Translations under genes and position numbers: made by a program
Source of the DNA: Mobula hypostoma
Taxonomy: Eukaryota
Direction: 5' to 3'
Length of the DNA: 64,000 nt
NCBI RefSeq assembly: GCF_963921235.1
Contig: NC_086097.1
Location: 20,276,001 to 20,340,000 of the forward strand
Part shown: piece by piece, positions 34,108 to 44,880 of the stretch
How the letters are laid out: each line of letters starts with the position of its first letter
Numbering within the stretch: position 1 is the stretch's first letter
The notes under the pieces: model-generated
Database searches by the model: none
Told to the model about the DNA's origin: nothing
Seen by the model: the letters and a program-made list of their open reading frames with translations, nothing else

Positions 34108-36811
34108 TTATGTGTTATTTGGTATGATTTGGCAGCTTCATAGCTTAAAGGTTACGCGAGAGAGTGCTTCTGCTGAGAGCGCTTGTGTGAAATTTTCACT
34201 ACGGTGGACAGTGCAGCAATGATTGTAGAATTTCTACTCTATATAGGCTGTGTATTTATCATATCATTCCTGCATTTACTATATGTTACTGTTATTTTAG
34301 GTTTTTTGTGTTATTTGGCATGATTTGGTAGGTTATTTTTTGAGTCTGCAAACACTCACAAATTTTTCCCATATTAATAAATGGTAATTGCTTCTTCACT
34401 TTACGACATTCTGGCTTATGAACCGTTTCATAGGAACGCTCTACCTTTGGATGGCGAGGGAAACCTGTACAACATGCCCTAGAAAATTTATACATAATAT
34501 TTTTACGTGTACATATTTTTAAAATTTATAATTTATAGTTTATGTCTTGCACTAAACCGCTGCCGCAAAACAACAAATTTCACAACATCCATGATAATGA
34601 ACTTGATTCTAATTCTGATTCTGCTTGTTTGACTAAGATCTTAAGGGAAAGGTCGCAGGGCACTATTTGATGAAGAGTATGGAAAAATCTATGTCTTACA
34701 CTCAAATCAACATTGCAGATCATCTGGGTGTTATCTTTTTGCATTTTCTGGGACTTAAAGTAGCCAGTGACTTTCAGGATTATTTTCAAACTGCATCAGT
34801 AACTTCAGAAATGTTTCTGTGCCCATGAAGCATTTGGCAACGTATCAAAGTTGTTTCAAGTCAACACAAGTAATCTTTTATCTTATGAAAAAGACGCTGG
34901 CGTTTTTACAATGATTCACCATAAATGTCACCAGACAAGTCGAGCAAGAGAGCTCCACTCACAGTTATGCAACAGCACTCAAGATGCATATGTTAGGTCA
35001 CTGGATAAAGAAAGCACTGATTTCAATTGAATGTTTTCAGGCTATTCATTATCTCTGTATAGTAAGAAAAAATCATCTTTTATATTCCTTCATAAGCTCA
35101 TGACTTCCCAAATTACTATTAGCTATTAAAATACTACCTTGGTCATTGTGATGTGCTATCCACGTTTAGAACATTTTCTCTTCATATTACTGTCTTCAGG
35201 AAGGTGGTACAGGAGCCTGAAGGTATACACTCAACATTTTAGCAACAGCTTCTTCCCGACTAGCCCACCCCACTATCAGATTTCTGAATGGACAATGAGT
35301 CCATGTACACCACCTCAATATTTCTGCTTTCACTTAGCACTACATATTTAATTTATTTTTTATATATACATTTCTTACTGTAATTTAGTCTTTTTTGAAA
35401 TATTGCACTGTACTTCCACCTCAAATTAAATTTCACAACATATGTCAGTGATGTTAAATCTGATTCTGATATTAAAAAACACCATGGCCAATCTGTACAC
35501 AGCAAGATCCCACAAACCATGTGGCATTTGAATCAACAGGTATTGTTTTAACTATACCATCTCAAAATTAGGCAGAACTATATCAGAACATAAATAACAG
35601 TAACAAAAGTAGCTCAAACACGAAGAAATCTGCACATGCTGGAAATTCAAGCAACACACACAAAATGCTGGAGTAACGCAGCAGGCCAGGCATCATCTAG
35701 AGGAAGAAGTACAGTCGACGTTTCAGGCCAAGACCCTTTGTCGGGACTAACTGAAAGAAGAAATAGTAAGAGATTTGAAAGTGGGAGGGGGAAATCCAAA
35801 ATGATAGGAGAAGACAGGAGGGGGAGGGATAGAGCTAAGAGCTGGAAAGTTGATTGGCAAAAGGGATACAAGGTTGGAGAAGGGAGAGGATCATGGATGG
35901 GAGGCCTAGGGGGAAAGAAAGGGGAGGGGAGCATCAGAGGAAGATATAGTGAGAGGGACAGAGGGAGAAAAAAGAGAAAGGGGGGAAAAATAATAAATAA
36001 TAAATAAATAAGGTATGGAGTAAGAAGGAGAGGAGGGGCATTAACTGAAGTTAGAGAAATCGATGTTCATGCCATCGGGTTGGAGGCTACCCAGACGGAA
36101 TATAAGGTGTTGTTCCTCCAATCTGAGTGTGCCTTCATCTTACAGTAGGAGGCCATGGATTGCCATATCAGAATGGGAATGGGACGCGGAATTAAAATGT
36201 GTGGCCACTGGGAGATCCTGCTTTCTTTGGCAGACAGAGCGTAAGTGTTCAGTGAAACGGTCTCCCAGTCTGCGTTGGGTCTCACCAATATATAGAAGGC
36301 CGCACCGAGAGCACCAGACACAGTTTATCACACCAGCCGACTCACAGGTGACGTGTCGCCTCACCTGGAAGAACTGTCTGGGTTCCTGAATGGTGGTGAG
36401 GGAGGAAGTGTAAGGGCATGTGTAGCACTTGTTCCGCTTACAAGGACAAGTGCCGGGAGGGAGATCGGTGGGAAGGGATGGGGGGAATGAATGGACAACG
36501 GAGTCGCGTAGGGAGCGATCCTTGAGGAAAGCGGGGGGGGGTGGAGGGAAAGATGTGCTTAGTGGTGGGATCCTGTTGGATGTTGCGGAAGTTACGGAGA
36601 ATTATATGTTCGACCAAGAGGCTGGTGGGGTGGTAGGTGAGGACAAGGGGAACCCTATCCCTAGTGGGGTGACGAGAGGATGGGGTGAGAGCAAATGTGC
36701 ATGAAATAGGAGTAAACAACAGGAATTCTGCAGATGCTGGAAATTCAAGCAACATACATCAAAGTTGCTGGTGAACGCAGCAGGCCAAGCAGCATCTATA
36801 GGAAGAGGCGC

Positions 36812-36847
36812 AGTCGACGTTTCAGGCCGAGACCCTTCGTCAGGACT
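36812..36847 (-). ncRNA. Minimal type I hammerhead ribozyme motif, intact core
   Basis: Exact reverse complement of 37751-37786. Confidence 0.75.
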
Positions 36848-37750
36848 AACTGAAGGAAGAGTGAGTAAGGGATTTGAAAGCTGGAGGGGGAAGGGGAGAT
36901 GCAAAATGATAGGAGAAGACAGGAGGGGGAGGGATAGAGCCGAGAGCTGGACAGGTGATAGGCAAAAGGGGATACGAGAGGATCATGGGACAGGAGGCCT
37001 AGGGAGAAAGACGGGGGGGGGGGTGACCCAGAGGAGGGGCAAGAGGTATATTTAGAGGGACAGAGGGAGAAAAAGGAGAGTGAGAGAAAGAATGTGTGCA
37101 TAAAAATGAGTAACAGCTGGGGTACGAGGGGGAGGTGGGGCCTAGCAGAAGTTAGAGAAGTCAATGTTCATGCCATCAGGTTGGAGGCTACCCAGACGGA
37201 ATATAAGGTGTTGTTCCTCCAACCTGAGTGTGGCTTCATCTTTACAGTAGAGGAGGCCGTGGATAGACATGTCAGAATGGGAATGGGATGTGGAATTAAA
37301 ATGTGTGGCCACTGGGAGATCCTGCTTTCTCTGGCGGACAGAGCTGGCCTCCTCTACTGTAAAGATGAAGCCACACTCAGGTTGGAGGAACAACACCTTA
37401 TATTCCGTCTGGGTAGCCTCCAACCTGATGGCATGAACATTGACTTCTCTAACTTCCGCTAGGCCCCACCTCCCCCTCGTACCCCAGCTGTTACTCATTT
37501 TTATGCACACATTCTTTCTCTCACTCTCCTTTTTCTCCCTCTGTCCCTCTAAATATACCTCTTGCCCATCCTCTGGGTCACCCCCCCCGTCTTTCTCCCT
37601 AGGCCTCCTGTCCCATGATCCTCTCGTATCCCCTTTTGCCTATCACCTGTCCAGCTCTCGGCTCTATCCCTCCCCCTCCTGTCTTCTCCTATCATTTTGC
37701 ATCTCCCCCCCCCCCAGCTTTCAAATCCCTTACTCACTCTTCCTTCAGTT

Positions 37751-37786
37751 AGTCCTGACGAAGGGTCTCGGCCTGAAACGTCGACT
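37751..37786 (+). ncRNA. Minimal type I hammerhead ribozyme motif, intact core
   Basis: AGUC-CUGACGA-AGG(GUCUCGG)CCU-GAAAC-GUC-GACU: stem I AGUC/GACU, both catalytic boxes present, no true helix III. Confidence 0.75.
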
Positions 37787-39419
37787 GCGCCTCTTCCTAT
37801 AGATGAAATAGGAGTGATGCGTTTGAGAGCAGAGTTGATGGTGGAGGAAGGGAGGCCCCTTTCTTTAAAAAAGAAAGACATCTCTTTCGTCCTGGAATGA
37901 AAAGCCTCATCCTGAGAGCAGATACAGCGGAGGCGGAGGAATTGCAAGAAGGGGATGGCATTTTTGCAAGAGACAGGGTGGGAAGGGAAACAGTCCAGGT
38001 AGGTGTGATAGTCAGTAGGCTTACAGTAGACATCAGTAGATAAGCTATCTCCAGAGATAGAGCAGAAAGATCAAGAAAGCGGAGGGAGGTGTCGGAAATG
38101 GACCAGGTAAATTTGAGGGCAGGGTGAAAGTTGGAAGCAAAGTTAATGAAGTCAACGAGCTCAGCATGCGTGCAGGAAGCAGCGCCAATGCAGTCGTCAA
38201 CGTAGAGAAGGAAACATGGGGACAGATACCAGTATAGGCTTAGAACATGGACTGTTCCACAAAGCCAACAAAAAGGCAGGCATAGCTGGGACCCATACGG
38301 GTGCCCATGGCTACACCTTTGGTCTGGTGAAAGTGGGAGGAGCCAAAGCAGAAATTATTAAGAGTAAGGACGAATTCCGCTAGACGGAAGAGAATGGTGG
38401 TAGAAGGGAACTGGTTGGGTCTGGGATCCAAAAAGAAGCGGAGAGCTTTGAGACCTTCCTGGTGGGGGATGGAGGTATATAGGGACTGGACATCCATGGT
38501 CATTGAAAAAATTTAGAGCGTGAGAAGTGCCACGAACATAGGTGGGAAGGGATTGAACAAGGGGGGATAAAACAGTGTCGAGGTATGCAGAAATGAGTTC
38601 AGTGGGGCAGGAGCAAGCTGAGACAATGGGTCTACCTGTGCAAGCAGGTTTGTGGATCTTGGTAGGAGGTAGAAACGGGAAGTGTGGGGTGTGGGAACTA
38701 TGAGGTTGGTGGCAGTGGATGGGAGGTCCCCAGAACTGATAAGGTTGGTGATGGTGTGGGAGACAATGGCCTGGTGCTCCTTAGTGTGGTCATGATCGAG
38801 GGGTAAATAAGAGGAGGTATCAGCGAGTTGCCACTGTGCCTCGGCAAGGTAGAGGTCAGTACACCAGACTACAACAGCACCCCCCTTATCAGCGGGTTTT
38901 ATAATAAGGTTGGGATTGGTGCGGAGGGAGTGGAGAGCAGAGCGTTGGGAAGGAGTGAGGTTGGAATTGGAACAAGTTGTGAAGTCGAGACGGTTGATGT
39001 AACAAGGTGTGGTGAAGTAGCTATTCACTCATTCAAGGTTGTTCCACTACCCATCAAGATAGCCAGATAGATACTTTATTGATCCCAAAGGAAATTACAA
39101 TGTCACAATATCATTACAAGTGCACAGAAATAAAAATTAGAAGAGATATAGAAAGAATAAAAAATAAGTTACCACAAACAGTCTAACAGGAGGAGATCAT
39201 CACTTTCCCAGCTATAGGTTGACTAATTTTCGAGCCTAGTGGCTGAGGGTAAGAATGACCTCATATAGCGCTCTTTCAAGCACCATATCATGGCAGATCT
39301 TTCAGCTCAGTATCACCATATCCCTTCATCTCATTAATGCCCCAAAAAAACTCCCTTTTCTTCCAACAGCAGTGGCAATCTTTTGCATCTGCCCGGACGT
39401 TTTACAAGCCTCATTTAAC

Positions 39420-39800
39420 CAGTGCAGGGGGCGGAGTGGAGATACATCTCTTTTAAAGGAGATGTAAAGCACTCCTTCCCCCCACTAGCCCGCAGGTCAC
39501 CCTTGAGAATGGTGTAGCACCTGCTTAGCCCCACGATCAAGGTCACGTGAAGCCATGGGGGCAGGTGGTGGATGGTCATATGAGCAGCCGCTGTAGATCC
39601 CAAGTCCTGGTTATGCAAACACTGATGCAAACATTGAAGAGTATTGATAATGGCTGGGGTCACCCATCTTGTAAAGACACTGCCCAGAAGGTGGCAATGG
39701 CAAACCTCTTCTGTCGAAAACTTTGCCAAGAACAGTCATGGTCTTTGGACCATTATTGCCTACATCATACAACACGGCACATAATGAAGATGATGAAGAT
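39420..39800 (+). mobile_element. Short retroposon with BovB/RTE-like 3' end
   Basis: 3' segment gaaggtggcaatggcaaacctcttctgt...ttgccaagaa...catgg and a (GAT)-like tail. Confidence 0.5.
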
Positions 39801-39934
39801 GTTTAACCAGCCTTCGCTAAGACATCAAAATGGAAATGATAGGTATATCAAGTGTCGTTTCCTTGATTTTTTTTTTACCTAATAATCTAAAAAAATGCAA
39901 CATTTTAACAAATTAAAAAGGTTTCACAACTCAC

Positions 39935-39967
39935 CTCAGGTTTGGATTCTAGTTCATCTGACAACAT
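39935..39967 (-). CDS. ZNF410: ZNF410 first coding exon (exon incl. UTR 39985-39935)
   Basis: Encodes MLSDELESKPE, matching the human ZNF410 N-terminus. Acceptor tgcctttctctacag, donor GAG|gtgagt. Confidence 0.93.
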
Positions 39968-42900
39968 AGATTCAGCCTCTGATTTCTGTAGAGAAAGGCA
40001 GAAACAGATCATTGTGATTGAGCAGAACAGGCAGCTTAATGCAAAAGCTTTTCCAATGAGTTCTACTCATAATCTCTTGTCATATACCACAGAAAGTTCT
40101 TCTTTTCAAATATTTATGCCAAAGCATCAAAATGAACACACTGCACACTTAAGTGTTATTTCAATTTACATTTCTCTGTTGTTTCAGACAAGCTTACCAA
40201 CACAGTCCTTACCTCAATCATATGAGAAGATGTTTTCTTTGGTAAAGCTAATTGCTAGGAAAGTCTTGACCGGTTCTAGATTTCTTTCCAGAATGTCCTC
40301 ACTAAAAATTAAAATTAAACATAAAAATTAATGATCTCCAGGCCTGGCTGTATTCATTAATGTTATGAATTAATTCAGCCAGAGACTCATTCCACCGAGA
40401 TGCAACACTGAGCGTCATAGGAAGTTATTCCTGCCTGTGGCCATCAAACTTTACAACCCCTCCCTTGGAGGGTCAGACACCCTGAGCCAATAGGCTGGTC
40501 CTGGACTTATTTGCTGGCATAATTTACATATTATTATGTAATTATTTATGGATTTTATATTGCTATAACTATACTCTATTCTTGGTTGGTGCAACTGTAA
40601 CGAAACCCAATTTCCCTCAGGATCAATAAAGTATGACTATGACTATAAAAGCAGTACATTCATTGAAGTGATGAATACATTTGAGGTTACCAAGCACTCT
40701 TCACCTGGATCTGGATCAGATTCAGATTTATCACACATACATCAAAATGTAGAGTGAAATGCGCCATTTGCGTCAACAACCAATCATGTGTTGGGGGCAT
40801 CCTGCAAACATCACACATTCCAACACCAGTAGAGCATGCCCACAATGTTCAACACAACACAACAAAACAAGACAAAAACTAAAGCTCCTTTCCCACTCCC
40901 TCAGCATACAGGCCTCCAAAACAGGACAGGGCACCTCAGGGCCTCCAGTCCTTGGCCTTGGGCTCTCAGTTTTGCAGACACCGAGTCTCCAACCTCAAAT
41001 CTCTGGCCTGGACTCGCCCAGATCTGATTCTGGTAATGAACGTTGGGATGATCAGAAGACTGCAGGTTCGAGACATTTGTCGTTGAACAAATCAAAGACG
41101 TTTGGGACAGCACAGTAGAGTGGTGGTTAGAGTAACAGTATTACAACACCAGCAACCTGTGTTCAATTCCCGCCACTGTCTGTAAAGAGCTTGTATGTTC
41201 TCTCCATGACCAGTTTCCTCCCACATTCAAATGTACAAGTTAGTAAGTTAATCAGTCACATGGGTGTAATTGAGCAGCACGGGCTCGTGGGCTGGAAGGC
41301 CCTGCTACCATGCTGTAAACAAACAAACTAACCAGGAACAGCACCTGGCTTTAATTTGCCCCAGACAACACCCTCCCCAATACCCACTGCACCTTAACAA
41401 ACTAGCAGCCGCACTCTTACTCTGTGTCAGAAGACTGCTGAGTCAAGTCCCACTTCACACATTCGAGCAGAGAAATCTAGGCCAGTATTGCTTCAGTGCA
41501 GTACCGAAGGGCTGTTCCACTGCAAGAGATGTAGCCTTTCGGTTGAGGTTGCATCTGCTGTCAAAGACACATTTAAAAGATCACGTTCAAAGTTTGTTCA
41601 ACTTCAGAGTTCAAAATAAATTTGGTACATATATGTACCTGACTAAATACAAGAAACACAACAGAATTAATGAAAAACTGCATCCAGCAGGATGCACAAC
41701 AACCAATGTGCAAACCAAACTGTGCAAATACAAAAAGAGAATCTAATAATCAGCAAAAAATAATGAGAACATGAGATGAAGCTATTCAAAGAGCAGAAGT
41801 CCTGTTCTATGTCCTGATATTTTCAAAATGTGTTTATAATCATTGCAGTTTTAGGAGTCCTACTCTGTGTAAACTGGCTTCATTACCATGGTGACTGCAA
41901 TTGTAATTTCAATTTACTCTCCTGTGAAGAAATGAAGATCAAATAAACACCCATGAAAATAAATTTCTCACCTATTGACAATGAATAATCTCCCGAGATT
42001 CAGCAAGTGCAGAGTTGACTGACCTCAACCTGAATAAACAACCCTGAACAGACCGACTGCAACCTGCACGAAATGCATGGATTTTGGCTTGGGTAGGACA
42101 ACAATGAAGGGTGGCTGCAATATCAACCTGTCAACAATATCAACCTCAATGTGAACTGATCCACATGGAACACAGACACCATACCTACCAAATACTGAAA
42201 GCCCTAAATAGAGAGGATGTGAAGAAGATGCTTCCTATAGTGGAGGGAGGAGGGGGAGTCTAGGACCAGAGGGCCCAGCCTCAGAATCGAAGGACGTCCC
42301 TTTAGAAGAAAGATGAGGAGGATGGTGAATCTGTGGAATTCACTGGCACAGATGACTGAGTATTTGAGTAAGTCATGGAGTATATTGAAACCAAGGTTGA
42401 TAGGTTCTTGATTATTCAGGATGTCAAAGGTTATGGGGAGAAGGCAGAACAATGAGATTGAGAGGGATAATAAATCAGCCATGATGGAATGGCAGAGTAT
42501 ACTTGATGGGCCAAATGACCTAATTCTACTCCCATATCTTGTGGTCATACAGCCCCAACAATGTCCCAAGGCAGGGCAGGAGCAGGGTTGAGAGAAAGTT
42601 TAGTGAGAACAAGACAGATGTAGCTTGAAGTAAGATTCAACACTCATCTGTTTATTTACAGTAATACACACAAAGTGGCAGAGGAACTCAGCAGGTCAAG
42701 CAGCATCTATGGAGAGGAATAATTAGTCAACATTTTCTGATGAAGGGCCTCAGTCCAAAACAGCAACTGTTTGTTCCTCTCCATAGATGCTGCCTTATCT
42801 GATGAGTTCCTCCAGCAGTTTCTATGTGGTACTCTAGATTCCCAGCACCTACAGAATTGTGTTTCTGTTTCTTTAACTTTTTGATCCATATTTACAGGAC

Positions 42901-44569
42901 AGCATACTCACAAGACCTATCAACCAATTCTTGGATATTAAATTCCAAGTACATTTATTATCAAAAGTAGGTATACATTATACATCCTTGAAATTTATCT
43001 CCTCACAGGCAAACACAAAACAAACCCCAAAAGAACCCATTAAAAACAAAACTATCAAACACCCAATGCGCAGAGAGAAATAAATTGCACAAACAATAAA
43101 AGTAAATAGCATTCAGAATGGAAGTTTTATGAAAGGCTCGAAGCCAGGAATCACTGCACTGGAGCAGGCCACAGCCTCAGTTCAGCGCAGAGCCGAGTAA
43201 ACGTTGCTGAGCAGTGAGCAGAGCGGAACCAGCCCAGCCCTCGTCTCCGGTCCCAACACCTTGACCTTTTCGATCTGCCTGGCGCTTAAATCCAATGAAC
43301 TGGTACAGGTGCAAGAAAACAGCCAAAGGGCAAAACATCAATGATCTTGCAGCAAGCACCGGGGACCAAATGACCCACTCCTGATTCTATTTCTTACACT
43401 CTCTCCTAGAAAAGCTTGACACCCAAGGACTGGGGAGCACAGTCAATGCACAAGACGTTAATGGGTGCAGACAACATTCATCTTGTTGTACATCTCTACC
43501 TCAGATATCCACAAGAGTTTGACAGTACAGCAGCCACGCGCATAATTCATTTCTGTAAAAGTGTTACCATTGAATCAGCTTTCATCACCCTTTCAGAGAA
43601 CTTTTTCCAAATCATCACAACCCGCTGTACTCAAAGAAAAACTCCTCCTTTGGTTCTCTTCTCAATTGGGTTTCCCCTCCGGTTATTGATCCATCTGTCA
43701 GGAGATGCAAAATGTGATCAATAGAAAACTTGGCACTTCAGCACCTTCATCTTAACATCAAAAGCAATCAGAAATCGCTGAATACCAGGGATTACTCCCG
43801 TAATCTCAGGAGACAAAAGAATCTGCAGACGCTAGAATCTGGAGCAGCAAGCAATCTGCTGGAGGAACTCAGCAGGTCAAACAGCAAGGAATTGTCAATG
43901 TTGGAGGTTTAAGCCCTGCATCATGGACCCCTCACGCAGAGTTTCAACCTAAAACACTGACAATTCCCGCCCCCCACCAACCACTGAGGCGGTTTGATCT
44001 CCTGAGTTCCTCCAGATTATTGAATGCCTGTAGTTTAACCTTGGTGCGACCACAGGACAACAGTAGTTCCACAAACACAAGAAACCGCTACACAAGACTT
44101 CAGAACCTCACGTCATCCCAGAACACTTCACAGTTTAAGAACAAATTCGTCAAGTTTTAAACAAAATGTTAACAAGCTCACAAAAGCAGCAACGTGACAG
44201 CTGCCCAGGTGATTTGCCTTCATCACATTGTTGGGGTCTAAGCATCAATCGGGACACCTACTGCTCTCTGGAACAGTTGCTGGATCGTCCACTCCACCTC
44301 GAATAATCGAGAATGCTCCCTCATATTTATCACTGGACAGCAGCCACCTCCAACACTGCAGACCTCCTTCGGCTCTACATCGCCTGAACATCTCACAGAG
44401 GTGCAAAATGGAACGGGAAGGGAAGAAATCCCCAAAATTACACTGAAAGTCAGCGCAGTAAATCCTGTTGATGGGGCAGCTACCAACAATACTCGAAGAC
44501 AAACCTTACTGCGTTAAAGGCATCAACGACTGACCTAACGGGGCTCTTAAATCAGGGTTACACCTTTCC

Positions 44570-44880
44570 ACAGCGTTTGTTCCCTCCCCCACCACGCTAC
44601 CGAATTCACCCGGCCCCCTCATCCTCGAGAGGCGCAGACCGTCTATCCATCCCCCCGGCCACCGCCCCTCCGCCCTCACCGAGCCGCCCCGACCTTCCGT
44701 CCGCTCCGCCGAGCGGGCCCGGCGCCACCGTCCACGCCTGCGCTCGAGTCGCAGGACGGCGAGTGGAAACGGACAAACGCTGTGGCCACCGGCGAACACT
44801 CGAAATGCGTTTTCTTCGCCCTTCGCAGCGATGTTCTGAAAGTGCTGGTGCAGAATTTTGACCCGAAATTCCGGTGCTTA
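44570..44880 (-). promoter_or_regulatory. ZNF410: CpG island: probable ZNF410 promoter and non-coding first exon
   Basis: The most conspicuous CpG/GC-rich unique tract, with GC-box-like ccgccc motifs, 4.6 kb upstream of the ATG exon. Candidate minus-strand donors at 44679 (CG|gtgagg) and 44509 (CA|gtaagg). Confidence 0.7.

Larger units (their letters stand above)
29702..34467 (+). mobile_element. Internally deleted Tigger/pogo-like DNA transposon hosting nested LINEs
   Basis: TA on both flanks and imperfect TIR CAGGT(G/T)TCCC. ATG 29938 opens MSSKVSVKPKRARKGVTLSVKLDIIKHFDRG (CENP-B-type HTH), followed by EVDEDDVEEVLASHHQELIVEEL and KQSSILSFFKP. No DDE domain seen. Confidence 0.8.
36714..37802. 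mobile_element. Younger PLE inverted terminal-repeat (fold-back) insertion
   Basis: Near-identical inverted arms at 36793-37258 and 37346-37805. 13-bp TSD ATGAAATAGGAGT at 36701-36713 and 37803-37815. Confidence 0.9.
35615..39014 (-). mobile_element. Penelope-like element, 5'-truncated and frameshifted (RT + GIY-YIG + 3' terminal repeat), interrupted at 36714-37802
   Basis: RT motifs IKPADKGGAVV, MDVQSLYTSIP and GVAMGTRMGPSYA; GIY-YIG region TCESAGVINCVWCSRCGLLYIGETQRRLGDRFTEH. 8-bp TSD AAGTAGCT at 35607-35614 and 39015-39022. Confidence 0.9.
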
